A DNA stretch of 64,000 bases from Candidatus Latescibacterota bacterium (GCA_965219455.1 OZ244744.1:3808001-3872000); one strand, 5' to 3'; positions 9,684 through 20,447 are shown, numbered from the stretch's first letter. Translations and numbers: made by a program. Notes: generated by a model from the sequence alone, not told the origin.

Positions 9684-11351
9684 ATGATCCATTTCATCCG
9701 TTTCCTGTGTGTTGCTTTGTGTTTTTGTTCGAGCAGCGACGTTTTAGGCAACAAGGTCTCGGGGCGTCTGGGCAAGCAACTGGACAAGGCATTGAAGGGG
9801 CGCAACCTGATACTGCGGGGCAGCATCCATCAGAATCCAATGACGTACTACGAGCTTGATGGCAACGTGTACTATTACGCGCATTCCCGGAGGTATCCGG
9901 TCCTGTTTCGCATCGAAAAAGACGAACCGGTGCAGATTCGGTCGGTCAAAGTGCGGGACGATGCGGTCGAAGTCGAACTCAGGAGCGCAAGGCTGGGGAA
10001 AGGGTTGGTGTCGTTTTCCGCGCCATTGCATTCGCCACCCGTGAATCGAGCGGCTTTCGACGCGGGATTTGCGCTATGTTTCAAGACAGGAGAAGAGACA
10101 GAGGTTTTGCCGTCCCTGATCGGCAATACGAGCAGTAACGTGTTTCACGTGGCGTCGTCCAATCATTTGCCGGATGCGGACAAACGGCAGGCCTTTCACA
10201 CACACGCGGAAGCGGAAACCGCGGGCATGCGCGCGTGTAAGCTGTGTTTCATGCGAATGCCGCTGGTGAGCGACTATACGACCGAGCGTACATTGGCGCT
10301 CTATGCGTCTCAGCAGATTCAAAGCATGGGACAGTTGGCGACGGATGACGCGTTGCAGTTGCGCGCGAGAGAGATCGGGCAGCGGGTGCTGGACAACTGG
10401 CCGGTTCCCCTGCAGGGATACAAATATCGGTTTTCGGTGATGGAAGACGACGAAGTCAATGCCTATGCCCTGCCCACGGGATTCGTCTTTGTCAATCGGG
10501 GTCTCCTGGAGGCAACGGAGAGCGAATTGGAAATCGAGGGTGTGATTGCCCACGAAATCGCCCACGTCGAGCGCCGGCACAGCTATCGAATCTATCGAAA
10601 TGAGAAAAAGAAACAGCTGATATCGTCAGCCGCGGGCGTGCTTGTGGGCGTACTGGCCGGTAAGAAATCAAAGAAAGACAAAGTGAAAACGGCAGTTATC
10701 TTCGGTGGATTGGCATACAACCTGGCCAAGGCCGCGACAGACGTGTTTTTTGAAGGATATCCGCGGTCGATGGAAGAAGAGGCCGACGCCATGGCGGCCT
10801 TGTATCTGGAGCGGCAATACGGTAGTGAAGGGCTTGCTGAAATGACCCGTGTATTGAGGAAGTTGCGGTATTACACGGATTACGTCGGGGCCGACCAAAA
10901 GAATATGCGGGCGTTTCGCTCGCACCCTTTGCTGGATGATCGCATCGCGGCCTTTACAAGCTCCAGGGTCAAGGTGTTCGACAAACCGGTGCGCGTGGTG
11001 GGGCGCAACAACCGCGGGGATGAGGTCGTGACCCTTGAAATGTCGTGCCAGCGCTGGACAACACCGGCTGTCGCCAGCCGTTTTTCTCTGGATCCGACAC
11101 AGGTCCTGGGCAAAGCCTATGCCACTGCCGACATTGGCAAACCCCGCAAGTTCAAAGACATCGTCTTTACGACTGCAGCCGGACGAAAGATCAAACTGGA
11201 CAACAAGGAAGATTCCCTCATCGGTCCTTATGAAGATCAAGGTTTTCTCCTGCGCGGAAATCTGCAGGCGAAGCTGGATGAACTGGACGTGAAAGGAGTG
11301 AAGGTCAACCTGGACGGCGCAAAGCTGAAGTGGCGTCTGGAAACAGATTGA
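9684..11351 (+). CDS. M48 family zinc metalloprotease with an Ada-type metal-binding domain
   Basis: RBS AAGGAG before ATG 9684; GNTSSNVFH...AETAGMRACKLC; VNAYALPTG, HEIAH, EEEAD, RSHP M48 motifs. Confidence 0.85.
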   Translation: MIHFIRFLCVALCFCSSSDVLGNKVSGRLGKQLDKALKGRNLILRGSIHQNPMTYYELDGNVYYYAHSRRYPVLFRIEKDEPVQIRSVKVRDDAVEVELRSARLGKGLVSFSAPLHSPPVNRAAFDAGFALCFKTGEETEVLPSLIGNTSSNVFHVASSNHLPDADKRQAFHTHAEAETAGMRACKLCFMRMPLVSDYTTERTLALYASQQIQSMGQLATDDALQLRAREIGQRVLDNWPVPLQGYKYRFSVMEDDEVNAYALPTGFVFVNRGLLEATESELEIEGVIAHEIAHVERRHSYRIYRNEKKKQLISSAAGVLVGVLAGKKSKKDKVKTAVIFGGLAYNLAKAATDVFFEGYPRSMEEEADAMAALYLERQYGSEGLAEMTRVLRKLRYYTDYVGADQKNMRAFRSHPLLDDRIAAFTSSRVKVFDKPVRVVGRNNRGDEVVTLEMSCQRWTTPAVASRFSLDPTQVLGKAYATADIGKPRKFKDIVFTTAAGRKIKLDNKEDSLIGPYEDQGFLLRGNLQAKLDELDVKGVKVNLDGAKLKWRLETD

Positions 11352-11689
11352 GCGGGAATAGGCTGGCGTTATAGCCCGCGAAACGGAGTCAGACGTCGTT
11401 GCACCATCGGATCTGGTGATTATCCGATCTTTTCAGATGGGTTTCGGGGCAAGGATTTGCCAGCGACGGCGGCGGACGTGACGAGGACGGCGCCTTCTGC
11501 TCGCTCCAGTATATCGGTGCTGTCCGTCGTCCGCCGTCCGGCAAATATAGTTCGGAGGTGCACCCGCTCTACGAGTCGTTTTGAGCCCACTTGCATGAAA
11601 CCTGCCCTCGACGGCGTCGTGTACTGACTCCCGTGAATTGTACAAATTGAAAGGATGGGGAAGTATTCTCTCAAAAGGAGGAAACCACG

Positions 11690-14335
11690 ATGCGACCCTC
11701 AGTTCTCTACTACACCCTTGCCCTATTGATCTGCCTCCTACTTTCGCCGCCGCAGGTCGCTCATGCATCCTCCGCGCCGCCCGATAGCGCAAATTTCTGC
11801 GCGCCGATTGATTACGAGCAGTGGCGGCGTGATCACCCCCTCCCCGCGGCCAAGCGGCTCGCGGGTCTGAACGTCGGCGAACCCCTTACCGTGCGGATGA
11901 TCTACTTTCTACCCAGCGATCGCTCCCCCCAGCAAGATATAGACGCAAAGATGGATGAGGTGATGAAGAACGTACAGCTATCTTACGCGGAGGTGATGGA
12001 ATACCACGGGTTCGGCAGAAAAACCTTCAGGCTTGAAACCGACGGCGATGGAAAGGCTGTGGTGCACCATGTTAGAGGGAAGTTCAACGATGAGTATTAT
12101 CATACGGACACTTACTCCAAGGTCGTCTGGCAAGAAACGGCTGAACAGTTTGACTTGTCAGCGAATATCTACTTCATCGTGCTGGATGTAAGTACCGCGA
12201 ACATCGACGGCTTCGCTTGCGGGCAAGGCGCACCCCACGGACCCGAAGGCGGAGCCACACTTATACCCGCTCCCAACAGTGCCCGCCAACGCGAACGCGG
12301 CTGGAGTTGTTTCAATGTTGCCGTTTCTGCCCATGAACTCGGACACGCCTTTGGACTGGCGCACGATCTCTTCATAAATGCCTCTCGAAGCCCATCTTCG
12401 TATCACACCGACTGGATGGTTACGTCATTCTGTGCCGCCGAATGGCTGGATGCCCACCGCTACTTCAACATAGGCCAAAGTTATCCCAAAGAAGACCAAC
12501 AAACCACAATTCAGATGCTTCCACCCCTCGCAGTTCCACCGTACGCGATCCGCCTCCGCTTTGAGGTAACCGATCCTGATGGACTCCATCAAGCGCAGTT
12601 GCACAACAGCACCGGTGACGCAATTGATTGTCAAGGGTTTGGCCTGGACGGGAAAAGTGGCTCCGTTGAATTTACCACTTCCGCAGTGTCGGAAGCACCA
12701 AGGAATCATGTGGGCCTCAGGGTCGTCGATGTGTATGGAAATGTAACGGAGAAACGGTTTTCAATCGACATTACGTCACTGCATCCGCCCAAAGTCGTGT
12801 CGATACCCGATGCGAATTTAGCCGCGGTGGTGCGGGAAGCCCTCGACTTGACACCGGCAGATGCTATCAGCCAACTGGATATGTTGAGATTGGGTGAACT
12901 TGAAGCCTCCCGTCGCCAGATAACTGACCTTACTGGGCTTGAGCATGCAGTTAATCTAAAGGGGTTATCCCTTGGCGAGAATCAGATTCGCGACATCACA
13001 CCCCTGGCGGGATCGACCATCCTCGAATCCTTGGATCTTAGAAGCAACAACATCTCGGATCTGTCGCCCCTCGCTAAGTTCACCAACCTTGTAAAATTAG
13101 AGCTTAACGACAACAACATCTCGGATCTGTCGCCCCTCGCTAAGTTGACCAACCTGACAGCACTGGGGTTTGAAAACAACTCGGTCTCGGATCTGTCGCC
13201 CCTCGCTAAGTTGACCAAACTGAAAGAACTGTGGCTTAACAACATCTCGGATCTGTCGCCCTTGGCGGGGTTGACCAACCTGACAGCACTGGGGCTTAAC
13301 GACAACAACATCTCGGATCTGTCGCCCCTCGCTAAGTTCACCAACCTTGTAAAATTAGAGCTTAACGACAACAACATCTCGGATCTGTCGCCCCTCGCTA
13401 AGTTCACCAACCTTGTAAAATTAGAGCTTGCCGCCAACCAGATCAGCGATATCACCCCTCTGGTAGGATTAACCATCCTGGAGTCATTACAGCTCTACGG
13501 AAACAATATCTCGGATATCTCATCGTTGGCTAAGATGACCAATCTGTCTCGGTTGCATATTGCGGGAAACTCGGTGAGGGACCTCTCGCCCTTGGCGGGG
13601 TTAATCAATATCTCAAGTCTGGAACTTGCCTACAATCGGATCAGAGAAATCACTCCACTCGCGAAGTTGATCTACCTTGTAAGATTAGAGCTTTTCGGCA
13701 ACCGGATCTCAGATATATCTCCTCTGGCGGAGTTGAACCACCTGGGATTCCTGAATACTCTGGACAATCCCCTCAGTTACTCCTCCATAAATGAGCACAT
13801 CCCCGCCCTCCGGAGCCGCGGAGTAACCGTAGAGTTCGACACACGAGTACCGAAGGGGTTGGAGAAATCCTCCGGTGACGGTCAAAAGGGACAGACCGAC
13901 ACTCAATTGAAGGAACCGTTCGTCGTAACGGTGTCGGATCAGAACAAGACGCCGTTTGAAGGTGTACCGGTCTCGTTTGCTGTCACAGCAGGTGGTGGAA
14001 AGCTCTCTTTAGAATCCACGATGACGGACTCGACCGGTCTGGCTTCGAGCACACTGACGCTTGGTGGCAAACCTGGTGCCAACACCGTGACCGTTAAAGT
14101 CTCAGGTATTGATGAGTATCAGACCTTCGTGGCGGAAGCCTTGGGTCTAGCCGACTTCGACGGCGATGGTACGGTGGGGTTCGGCGATTTCGTGCAGTTT
14201 GCTGCACACTTCGGCCAGAATCAGGCCGACGAAGGTTTTGAAGCGCGTTACGATCTTGATGGGAACGGCACCATCGGATTCGGTGATTTTCTGATCTTTG
14301 CCGGCGCCTTCGGGAAAAACATCTCTTCAAGCTGA
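11690..14335 (+). CDS. Secreted metzincin peptidase + internalin-like 22-aa LRRs + Big_1 + dockerin-like tail
   Basis: RBS AGGAGG, signal peptide, HELGHAFGLAH, IPDANL cap, NNISDLSPLAKLTNL repeats, DFDGDG tail. Confidence 0.88.
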   Translation: MRPSVLYYTLALLICLLLSPPQVAHASSAPPDSANFCAPIDYEQWRRDHPLPAAKRLAGLNVGEPLTVRMIYFLPSDRSPQQDIDAKMDEVMKNVQLSYAEVMEYHGFGRKTFRLETDGDGKAVVHHVRGKFNDEYYHTDTYSKVVWQETAEQFDLSANIYFIVLDVSTANIDGFACGQGAPHGPEGGATLIPAPNSARQRERGWSCFNVAVSAHELGHAFGLAHDLFINASRSPSSYHTDWMVTSFCAAEWLDAHRYFNIGQSYPKEDQQTTIQMLPPLAVPPYAIRLRFEVTDPDGLHQAQLHNSTGDAIDCQGFGLDGKSGSVEFTTSAVSEAPRNHVGLRVVDVYGNVTEKRFSIDITSLHPPKVVSIPDANLAAVVREALDLTPADAISQLDMLRLGELEASRRQITDLTGLEHAVNLKGLSLGENQIRDITPLAGSTILESLDLRSNNISDLSPLAKFTNLVKLELNDNNISDLSPLAKLTNLTALGFENNSVSDLSPLAKLTKLKELWLNNISDLSPLAGLTNLTALGLNDNNISDLSPLAKFTNLVKLELNDNNISDLSPLAKFTNLVKLELAANQISDITPLVGLTILESLQLYGNNISDISSLAKMTNLSRLHIAGNSVRDLSPLAGLINISSLELAYNRIREITPLAKLIYLVRLELFGNRISDISPLAELNHLGFLNTLDNPLSYSSINEHIPALRSRGVTVEFDTRVPKGLEKSSGDGQKGQTDTQLKEPFVVTVSDQNKTPFEGVPVSFAVTAGGGKLSLESTMTDSTGLASSTLTLGGKPGANTVTVKVSGIDEYQTFVAEALGLADFDGDGTVGFGDFVQFAAHFGQNQADEGFEARYDLDGNGTIGFGDFLIFAGAFGKNISSS
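13045..13430 (+). repeat. Near-identical 66-bp LRR tandem units
   Basis: aacaacatctcggatctgtcgcccctcgctaagttcaccaaccttgtaaaattagagctt occurs three times. Confidence 0.85.
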
Positions 14336-14483
14336 CGATCTGTCGAGTTTGGAATCAAGGGTGTCCATTGAGACCCATTGAGCCCAGGTATGTAATTTGT
14401 CGGAAAGGCGAAAATGCCACGCTACCCCAGTCACCGTCGACAGAGAGGGTGCCGTGACCGCTTCAAAATTGCCTGATAATACT

Positions 14484-17400
14484 ATGAAAACTCCTGCTCC
14501 TGAGCTCGCAATGTTCGTGTTGGTCGGCCTGCTTATCTCACCGCCGGCTCTGGTTCATGCTTCGTCTTCGTCGCCTGACAGCGTGCATTTCTGCGTGCCG
14601 TTCGATTACGAACAGTGGCGGCGCGATCACCCCCAGCCGGCCGGCAAGCGGCTGGCGGTTCTGAACGTGGGCGAACCGCGCACTGTGCGAATGATCTACT
14701 TCCTTCCGAATGACCGACCCTTCCGGCAGGAGGTGGTCGATTCGATGAAAGTTGTGATTCGCAGGGTTCAGACCTTTTATGCCGCGCAGATGGAGGTGCA
14801 CGGCTATGGTAGAAAAACCTTCCGCCTTGAAAGCGATACCCGGGACGAACCGATAGTCCACCTAGTGGATGGAAGTCATCCCGAGAGTCACTATTACAAC
14901 ACATTTGGTGGTGCTATGGTTGACGAGCTTTGGCAGGTGTTTGATTTTAACGTGAATATTTACTCCATAATCATCGACACTCATCATGCATCATTTCAGG
15001 GCCGTGGAGGTGGTGGCGGGCGGGATGGAAAAATCGGTGGATCTGCGTGGCTAACCAGCGGATATATTGGGGCCGGGGCACATGGCGGGTATGCGGGTAC
15101 AACGGCCCATGAAATTGGGCACGCCTTCGGCTTGGAACACGACTTCCGCGATGGTACGTACACCATGTCGTATGGCCAAGGAGGTCGGTTATCCGCGTGC
15201 GCTGCTGAATTTCTGGCCGTGCATCCCTACTTCAATCCGAATACCTCAATTGAAGAAGGGCGGCCGCCCACCATCGAGTTCATTTCTCCTCTAGGATATC
15301 CAGCCGGCTCAGAGAGCATCTCCGTCCAACTCAAAGTCAGCGATCCGTCGGGGATTCATCAGGTGATTCTATTTGTTGCATCATCACTTGGCGGCGCAAT
15401 CGAACTTAGGGCGTGTCGTGGCGTGCTAGCCAAAAAAGATGCCGTCGTCCAATTTGAGTATGACGGCGTGATTCCATCGGAAATAGGTACAAGCCTTTCC
15501 AACCCGATATCACATCCGATCATTGTCGAAGCCGTTGACACAGATGGGAATGTACACCAGCAGCCTTTCGGCCTCGCCGAAATGTCTCCATACCTAATCG
15601 CCACGCTGGAGGGACATACGGATCGGGTCCGTTCCGTGGCGTTTTCGTCCGACGGCACACTCGCCTCCGGTTCGTGGGATGGCACGGCCAAACTGTGGAA
15701 CACAGAGACACGAAAACAGATCACGACGTTTCCTCACGATGCCAGAGTCGTTTCAGTGGCATTTTCACCGGAAGGGAATATCCTCGCTGCCGTTTCATGG
15801 AGTACTGATTTGTGGGACGTTGTGACAGAGCGACGGATCGCCACTCTCCGAGGAGAGGGACAACCCTACTCAGCGGCATTTTCACCTGACGGTACGCTCG
15901 CTTTAGGCTTGTGGAATGGTGCGGTCGAGCTGTGGAATGTGGCGACCCGAGAACAGATCGCCACTCTGGAAGGGCATTCGAGTTGGGTGCGTTCGGTTGC
16001 GTTTTCGCAGGATGGGACGCTGCTGGCTTCCGGGTCTCATGATGGGCGACTGTTGCTGTGGGATGTGGGGACTAAGTATCAAATCGCCACACTGGAAGGT
16101 CATACAGGAGGGGTCGGTTCGGTGGCTTTCTCAAGGGATGGGTCATTGCTTGTTTCCGGCTCCGGGGATCGCACGGTTCGGCTGTGGGACGTGGCAACAA
16201 GACAGAACACCGCCACTATTGAAGAGCATACGTACAGCGTGGAGGCTGTTTCGTTTTCACCGGACGGGACGCTCGTTTCGGGTGACGCTCGTGGAGTGAT
16301 AATGTTGTGGAACGCGGCGACCCAAGAGCGGATTGCCCGTTTCGCGCACAGGGGTGGCGTCCAGTCGGTGGCGTTTGCCCCCGACGGCGGAATCCTTGCT
16401 TCCGGCTCGGGGGATGGCACGATCGCACTGTGGGATATGTCTGCGCGGACACGGCCTCGTCCTTCGGCGCTGGAGATATTCTCGGGCGACGGCCAGCAGG
16501 GCGCGCCTGGAACGCCGCTTGCCCAGCCCATGGTCGTGGAAGTGCGGGACCAGTACGGCGATCCCCTGCCCGATGCAGCCGTCACCTTTACCATCACGGC
16601 CGGTGATGGCAAGCTCAGCGGCCGTTTCACGGTGCAGCACGCGACCACCGATGCCAACGGCCGGGCGGAGCTGAACCTTACCCTGGGCCTCCCGGGCCCG
16701 AACACCGTGGGGGTGTCCCTCGGCGGCCGCGAACTGGCGACGTTTACAGCCGAGGGCGTGGGCACGGCGGTGGCGGAGCTGGAGGGAGACTACCGGACCT
16801 GGCATCTGCCCAGGGCGGCGACGGTGCGCCTGGGAAAGGGCGCCATGGGCGAAGGCGACCGGGCCCTCGCACTTTCGCCGGACGGCCGCTGCCTGGCCGT
16901 GTCCAGCGGCATCGGCGTGTGGTTGTACGAGGCAGCCACATCCCGCGCCCTGGCGCTCCTGCCGAGTGAGAATCCGGTCCATTCAGTGGCTTTCTCCCTC
17001 GACGGCACCCTCGCTTCGGGCTTGGACAACGGCCAGGTCGCGCTATGGGAAGTGGAGACGGGGGAGCGAATCGCCACGCTGAGGCATGCGGATCGGGGCA
17101 GGATCACCTCGGTCGTATTTTCGGCGGATGGAACTGGCCTGGCGTCCGGTTCGTGGGACCAGGTCATCAAGCTGTGGGATGTAGAGACCAGGCGCGAGGT
17201 GGGCACCTGGGAGGTGCCGTGGGAGTTTAACGCTCTTTTGCCCATTTCTGTGGCCTTTTCGCCGGATGGGTCGACGCTGGCTTCGGGGTTTCAGGACCGC
17301 ACGGTCCGGCTGTGGGACGTCGAGACCCAGACGGAGGTGGCCACGCTGAAAGGGCACACGGACCGGGTCATTTCGGTGTCGTTCTCGCCGGATGGTGGGC

Positions 17401-19088
17401 TCCTGGCTTCGGCCGGGGACTGGGATGATCGCACGGTCCGGCTGTGGGACGTGGCCACACAAGCACAGGTCGCCACGCTGAGAGGGCATACCAGGGAGGT
17501 CTATTCGGTAGCGTTTTCTCCGGCCGACGGCGCCACCCTGGCTTCGGGGTCGTGGGACCACACGGTCCGGCTGTGGGACGTGGCCACACACGAGGAGCTG
17601 GCCACGTTTGAAGAGCATATGGGTCCGGTCACTTCGGTGACGTTCTCGCGCGATGGGGGCACCCTCGTCTCGGGCGCCGCGGACGGCACGGTGCTGCTGC
17701 GGGACGTGGAGACGGGCAATGCCGACGGTCTGTCCGGTCACGGGTCTTTGACCACGATGGCGTTGTCGCCCGATGGCACGCTCCTGGCTTCCGGGTCTCA
17801 GGATGGCACGGTCCGGCTGTGGGACGCGGCCACAAGAGCACGAAATACCACTCTTGAAGGACATAGGACCAGGGTCGGTTCCGTGTCGTTTTCTTTTGAC
17901 GGCGCCGTCCTGGCCTCCGGGTCATTGAATCAAACGGTCAAGCTGTGGGACGTTGGGAAACGAGAACTGATCGCCAGCCTGGAGGGGCACACGGGTCCGG
18001 TCACTTCGGTTTCGTTTTCGCCCGATGGCGCCCTGCTAGCTTCGGCAGGGGGGTGGAATGATGCCACGGTCTGGCTGTGGGACGTGGGGACTCGCGAGCC
18101 GATCGGCACCCTCGAAGGGCATACGAATGATGTCCGCTCGGTGGCGTTTTCTCCCGACGGCGCTCTCCTGGCCTCGGCAGGGGGCTATGAAGACAAGACG
18201 GTCAAGCTCTGGAACGTCGCCACGCGAGAACTCATCGCTTCGCTGGAAGATCACACGGGTTCAGTGAATTCGGTGGTGTTTTCGCCCGATGGGAAGACCC
18301 TCGCTTCCGGGTCGTCAGATGGAACGGTGCGGCTGTCGGACGCAGCGACAAGAACCCCCATCTCCTCTCTGGACAATCGGAGTTCCGTGTATTCGTTGGC
18401 ATTCTCGTCTGACGGCGCCGTCCTGGCCTCCGGGTCATGGGATCGAACGGTCAAGCTGTGGGACGTGGAGACACGAGAACAGATAGGCGCCCTGCAAGGA
18501 GGGCACACGGGTTCGGTCCATTCAGTGGCGTTTTTTCGTGATGGCGCCACCCTGGTCTCCGGGGCATCGGACGGCACGATGCTGCTGTGGGATTTGCAGC
18601 GTCTGGAATCCCGACCCCATTCCCTGAGGCCGGTCTCCGGCCTGGAGCATCAAGGGCCGGCCGGCGGCGATTTAGCCGACCCCTTTGTCGTCTTGGTGCT
18701 GGATCAGAACGGGGAACCTGTCGCGGGTGCACAGGTCACGTTTGCCGTCACCGCTGGCGGGGGAACGCTGTCCGTAGAGACTGCCACCACGGATGAGAAC
18801 GGCCGCGCTGCCACGACCCTGACGCTTGGAAGCCAACCCGGTACGAACACCGTCGTCGCATCGGTAAAGGACCTCGAGCCGGTGACCTTCACCGCCACCG
18901 CCAGGGCCGCATCCGACTTCGATGGCGACGGGACCGTCGGTTTCGCCGACTTCGTGCGGTTTGCGGCGCAGTTTGGGTTGAGTCAGGGTGACGAGGGTTA
19001 CGACGCGCGTTACGATCTTGACGAAAACGGCGCCATCGGGTTCAGCGATTTTCTGATCTTTGCCCAAGCCTTTGGAAGAGAAGGGTGA
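14484..19088 (+). CDS. Secreted metzincin peptidase + WD40 + Big_1 + WD40 + Big_1 + dockerin-like tail
   Basis: Signal peptide after ATG 14484; HEIGHAFGLEH..MSYG; about 20 WD40 repeats; two Big_1 modules; DFDGDG tail. Confidence 0.88.
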   Translation: MKTPAPELAMFVLVGLLISPPALVHASSSSPDSVHFCVPFDYEQWRRDHPQPAGKRLAVLNVGEPRTVRMIYFLPNDRPFRQEVVDSMKVVIRRVQTFYAAQMEVHGYGRKTFRLESDTRDEPIVHLVDGSHPESHYYNTFGGAMVDELWQVFDFNVNIYSIIIDTHHASFQGRGGGGGRDGKIGGSAWLTSGYIGAGAHGGYAGTTAHEIGHAFGLEHDFRDGTYTMSYGQGGRLSACAAEFLAVHPYFNPNTSIEEGRPPTIEFISPLGYPAGSESISVQLKVSDPSGIHQVILFVASSLGGAIELRACRGVLAKKDAVVQFEYDGVIPSEIGTSLSNPISHPIIVEAVDTDGNVHQQPFGLAEMSPYLIATLEGHTDRVRSVAFSSDGTLASGSWDGTAKLWNTETRKQITTFPHDARVVSVAFSPEGNILAAVSWSTDLWDVVTERRIATLRGEGQPYSAAFSPDGTLALGLWNGAVELWNVATREQIATLEGHSSWVRSVAFSQDGTLLASGSHDGRLLLWDVGTKYQIATLEGHTGGVGSVAFSRDGSLLVSGSGDRTVRLWDVATRQNTATIEEHTYSVEAVSFSPDGTLVSGDARGVIMLWNAATQERIARFAHRGGVQSVAFAPDGGILASGSGDGTIALWDMSARTRPRPSALEIFSGDGQQGAPGTPLAQPMVVEVRDQYGDPLPDAAVTFTITAGDGKLSGRFTVQHATTDANGRAELNLTLGLPGPNTVGVSLGGRELATFTAEGVGTAVAELEGDYRTWHLPRAATVRLGKGAMGEGDRALALSPDGRCLAVSSGIGVWLYEAATSRALALLPSENPVHSVAFSLDGTLASGLDNGQVALWEVETGERIATLRHADRGRITSVVFSADGTGLASGSWDQVIKLWDVETRREVGTWEVPWEFNALLPISVAFSPDGSTLASGFQDRTVRLWDVETQTEVATLKGHTDRVISVSFSPDGGLLASAGDWDDRTVRLWDVATQAQVATLRGHTREVYSVAFSPADGATLASGSWDHTVRLWDVATHEELATFEEHMGPVTSVTFSRDGGTLVSGAADGTVLLRDVETGNADGLSGHGSLTTMALSPDGTLLASGSQDGTVRLWDAATRARNTTLEGHRTRVGSVSFSFDGAVLASGSLNQTVKLWDVGKRELIASLEGHTGPVTSVSFSPDGALLASAGGWNDATVWLWDVGTREPIGTLEGHTNDVRSVAFSPDGALLASAGGYEDKTVKLWNVATRELIASLEDHTGSVNSVVFSPDGKTLASGSSDGTVRLSDAATRTPISSLDNRSSVYSLAFSSDGAVLASGSWDRTVKLWDVETREQIGALQGGHTGSVHSVAFFRDGATLVSGASDGTMLLWDLQRLESRPHSLRPVSGLEHQGPAGGDLADPFVVLVLDQNGEPVAGAQVTFAVTAGGGTLSVETATTDENGRAATTLTLGSQPGTNTVVASVKDLEPVTFTATARAASDFDGDGTVGFADFVRFAAQFGLSQGDEGYDARYDLDENGAIGFSDFLIFAQAFGREG

Positions 19089-19123
19089 AATTCGAAACAA
19101 GATTGAATGTATCCGCATTTGAG

Positions 19124-19545
19124 CTGCATTATTCACGAATCAATCATTTTCGCCTCCGCACAATGGCTTGTCGAGCCGTTCAGGAAGTGGATGTGAACCC
19201 TTTCAAGCTTTTGTTCGAGGTATCGCTTGAGCGCGTCAACCATCCGAGACAAAACGCCTGTGCTTGCTTCCACTTCCCGAAGCAGCAAGGTGCCACTGTC
19301 ACCTGTGTGCCTGCCTGTCCTGCGGACGCAGGCAGGCCTGTGGCGACGCACAGGCAGGCTGGTCAGGACGCCCCCGTCGAAGGCGCCTTCCATCTTCTTT
19401 CCGCATCGACTTGCAAGAGAGACCCTGTCATGATTATCTTGAACCTCCACAGAAGTTTCCTCCCAAGTCATTGTTATAACGTTATTTGTGTAACTATAAT
19501 ACAATGACTTGAGTACGGAAACTACCTTTTTTATGAATTATTCAG
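19124..19545 (-). mobile_element. Internally deleted IS1380-family remnant
   Basis: Minus-strand AFDGGVLTS|DSGTLLLREVE resembles the IS1380 transposase N-terminus; imperfect terminal IRs ctgcattattca (19124) / tgaattattcag (19534). Confidence 0.6.
19302..19358. repeat. 57-bp nested CCTGCCTG..CAGGCAGG palindromic insertion within the IS1380 remnant
   Basis: Splits the LTS-DSG motif in frame. Confidence 0.7.
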
Positions 19546-19675
19546 ACTATGAGAGTGGATATACCCGCAGTCAAAGAAAGGAGGGGAAAAAGCCGGATGT
19601 AACATCAGCGGTACAGGTTGTTTTCACCAGCCGGGATTGCTGTGAACGGAGTCATTTTACTAGGGAGAAGCTGAC

Positions 19676-20332
19676 GTGATACACCTGCCCAAATACATCA
19701 TTGCCAGCGTCATCGCGCTGACAACCGTAAATTTCCCCGCACCTGTTCCGGGCCAGACCACACTCGCCATCCGGGGCGGCTTGAGCCGTGCGACGATGAG
19801 CGGAATCGAGGACCTGGGCGAATCTGCATTGAAAGCGCGCACCGGCCTTTCACTGGGTGCGTCCGCGACCATCCCTATTCAGGACAACTTCAGCCTTCGA
19901 CTCGATGGCGGCTACGTCCAGAAGGGCTACAGTGCCGAAGCCACCGGGTTAGAAGCAAACCTCTATCTCGATTACATCGAGCTCTCGGGCCTGGGAGCTG
20001 TCAAACTTACACCCTCCGGAAGTCCGGCTTCGGTATATGCGTTCGCAGGACCGTCGTTGGCGTTTAATACGAAGTGTGAAGGGTCTGCCACCGTAAGCCT
20101 TGGCGGTGAAAGTACCTCGGGCTCAGAGTCCTGCGGCGACGACGTCCGGGGTATCGATCTGGGAATTACGGGAGGGATTGGCGCGGTGATGGCGGTTTCC
20201 GAAAAGATGAGCCTTTCTGTAGATCTACGCTACACACTGGGTCTGCTCTCGGTTGACAAGACCGGCGACGACGACATCAAGAACCGGGACCTTATTCTTC
20301 AGGTCGGCGTCGGCTTTCCCATCGGAGAATAG
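19676..20332 (+). CDS. Outer-membrane beta-barrel protein (PorT/OMP_b-brl_2-like)
   Basis: Signal peptide, GGLSRA...GYVQKG...LDYIEL...RYTLGL, C-terminal VGVGF. Confidence 0.75.
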   Translation: MIHLPKYIIASVIALTTVNFPAPVPGQTTLAIRGGLSRATMSGIEDLGESALKARTGLSLGASATIPIQDNFSLRLDGGYVQKGYSAEATGLEANLYLDYIELSGLGAVKLTPSGSPASVYAFAGPSLAFNTKCEGSATVSLGGESTSGSESCGDDVRGIDLGITGGIGAVMAVSEKMSLSVDLRYTLGLLSVDKTGDDDIKNRDLILQVGVGFPIGE

Positions 20333-20447
20333 ACAGTAACCTTTTATAGTTGGCAATATCCACGTAACCATCGTGCGACCGGATCGTCTGGTCGCACGAT
20401 CTGTTTTCGCGCCTGCATCTGTCGCTGATCGCCGGTATGCCAGGCGA

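Noticed and set aside
510-19088. Diversity-generating retroelement behind the repeat variation
   Set aside because: No reverse transcriptase or adenine-specific TR/VR pair was seen in the window.
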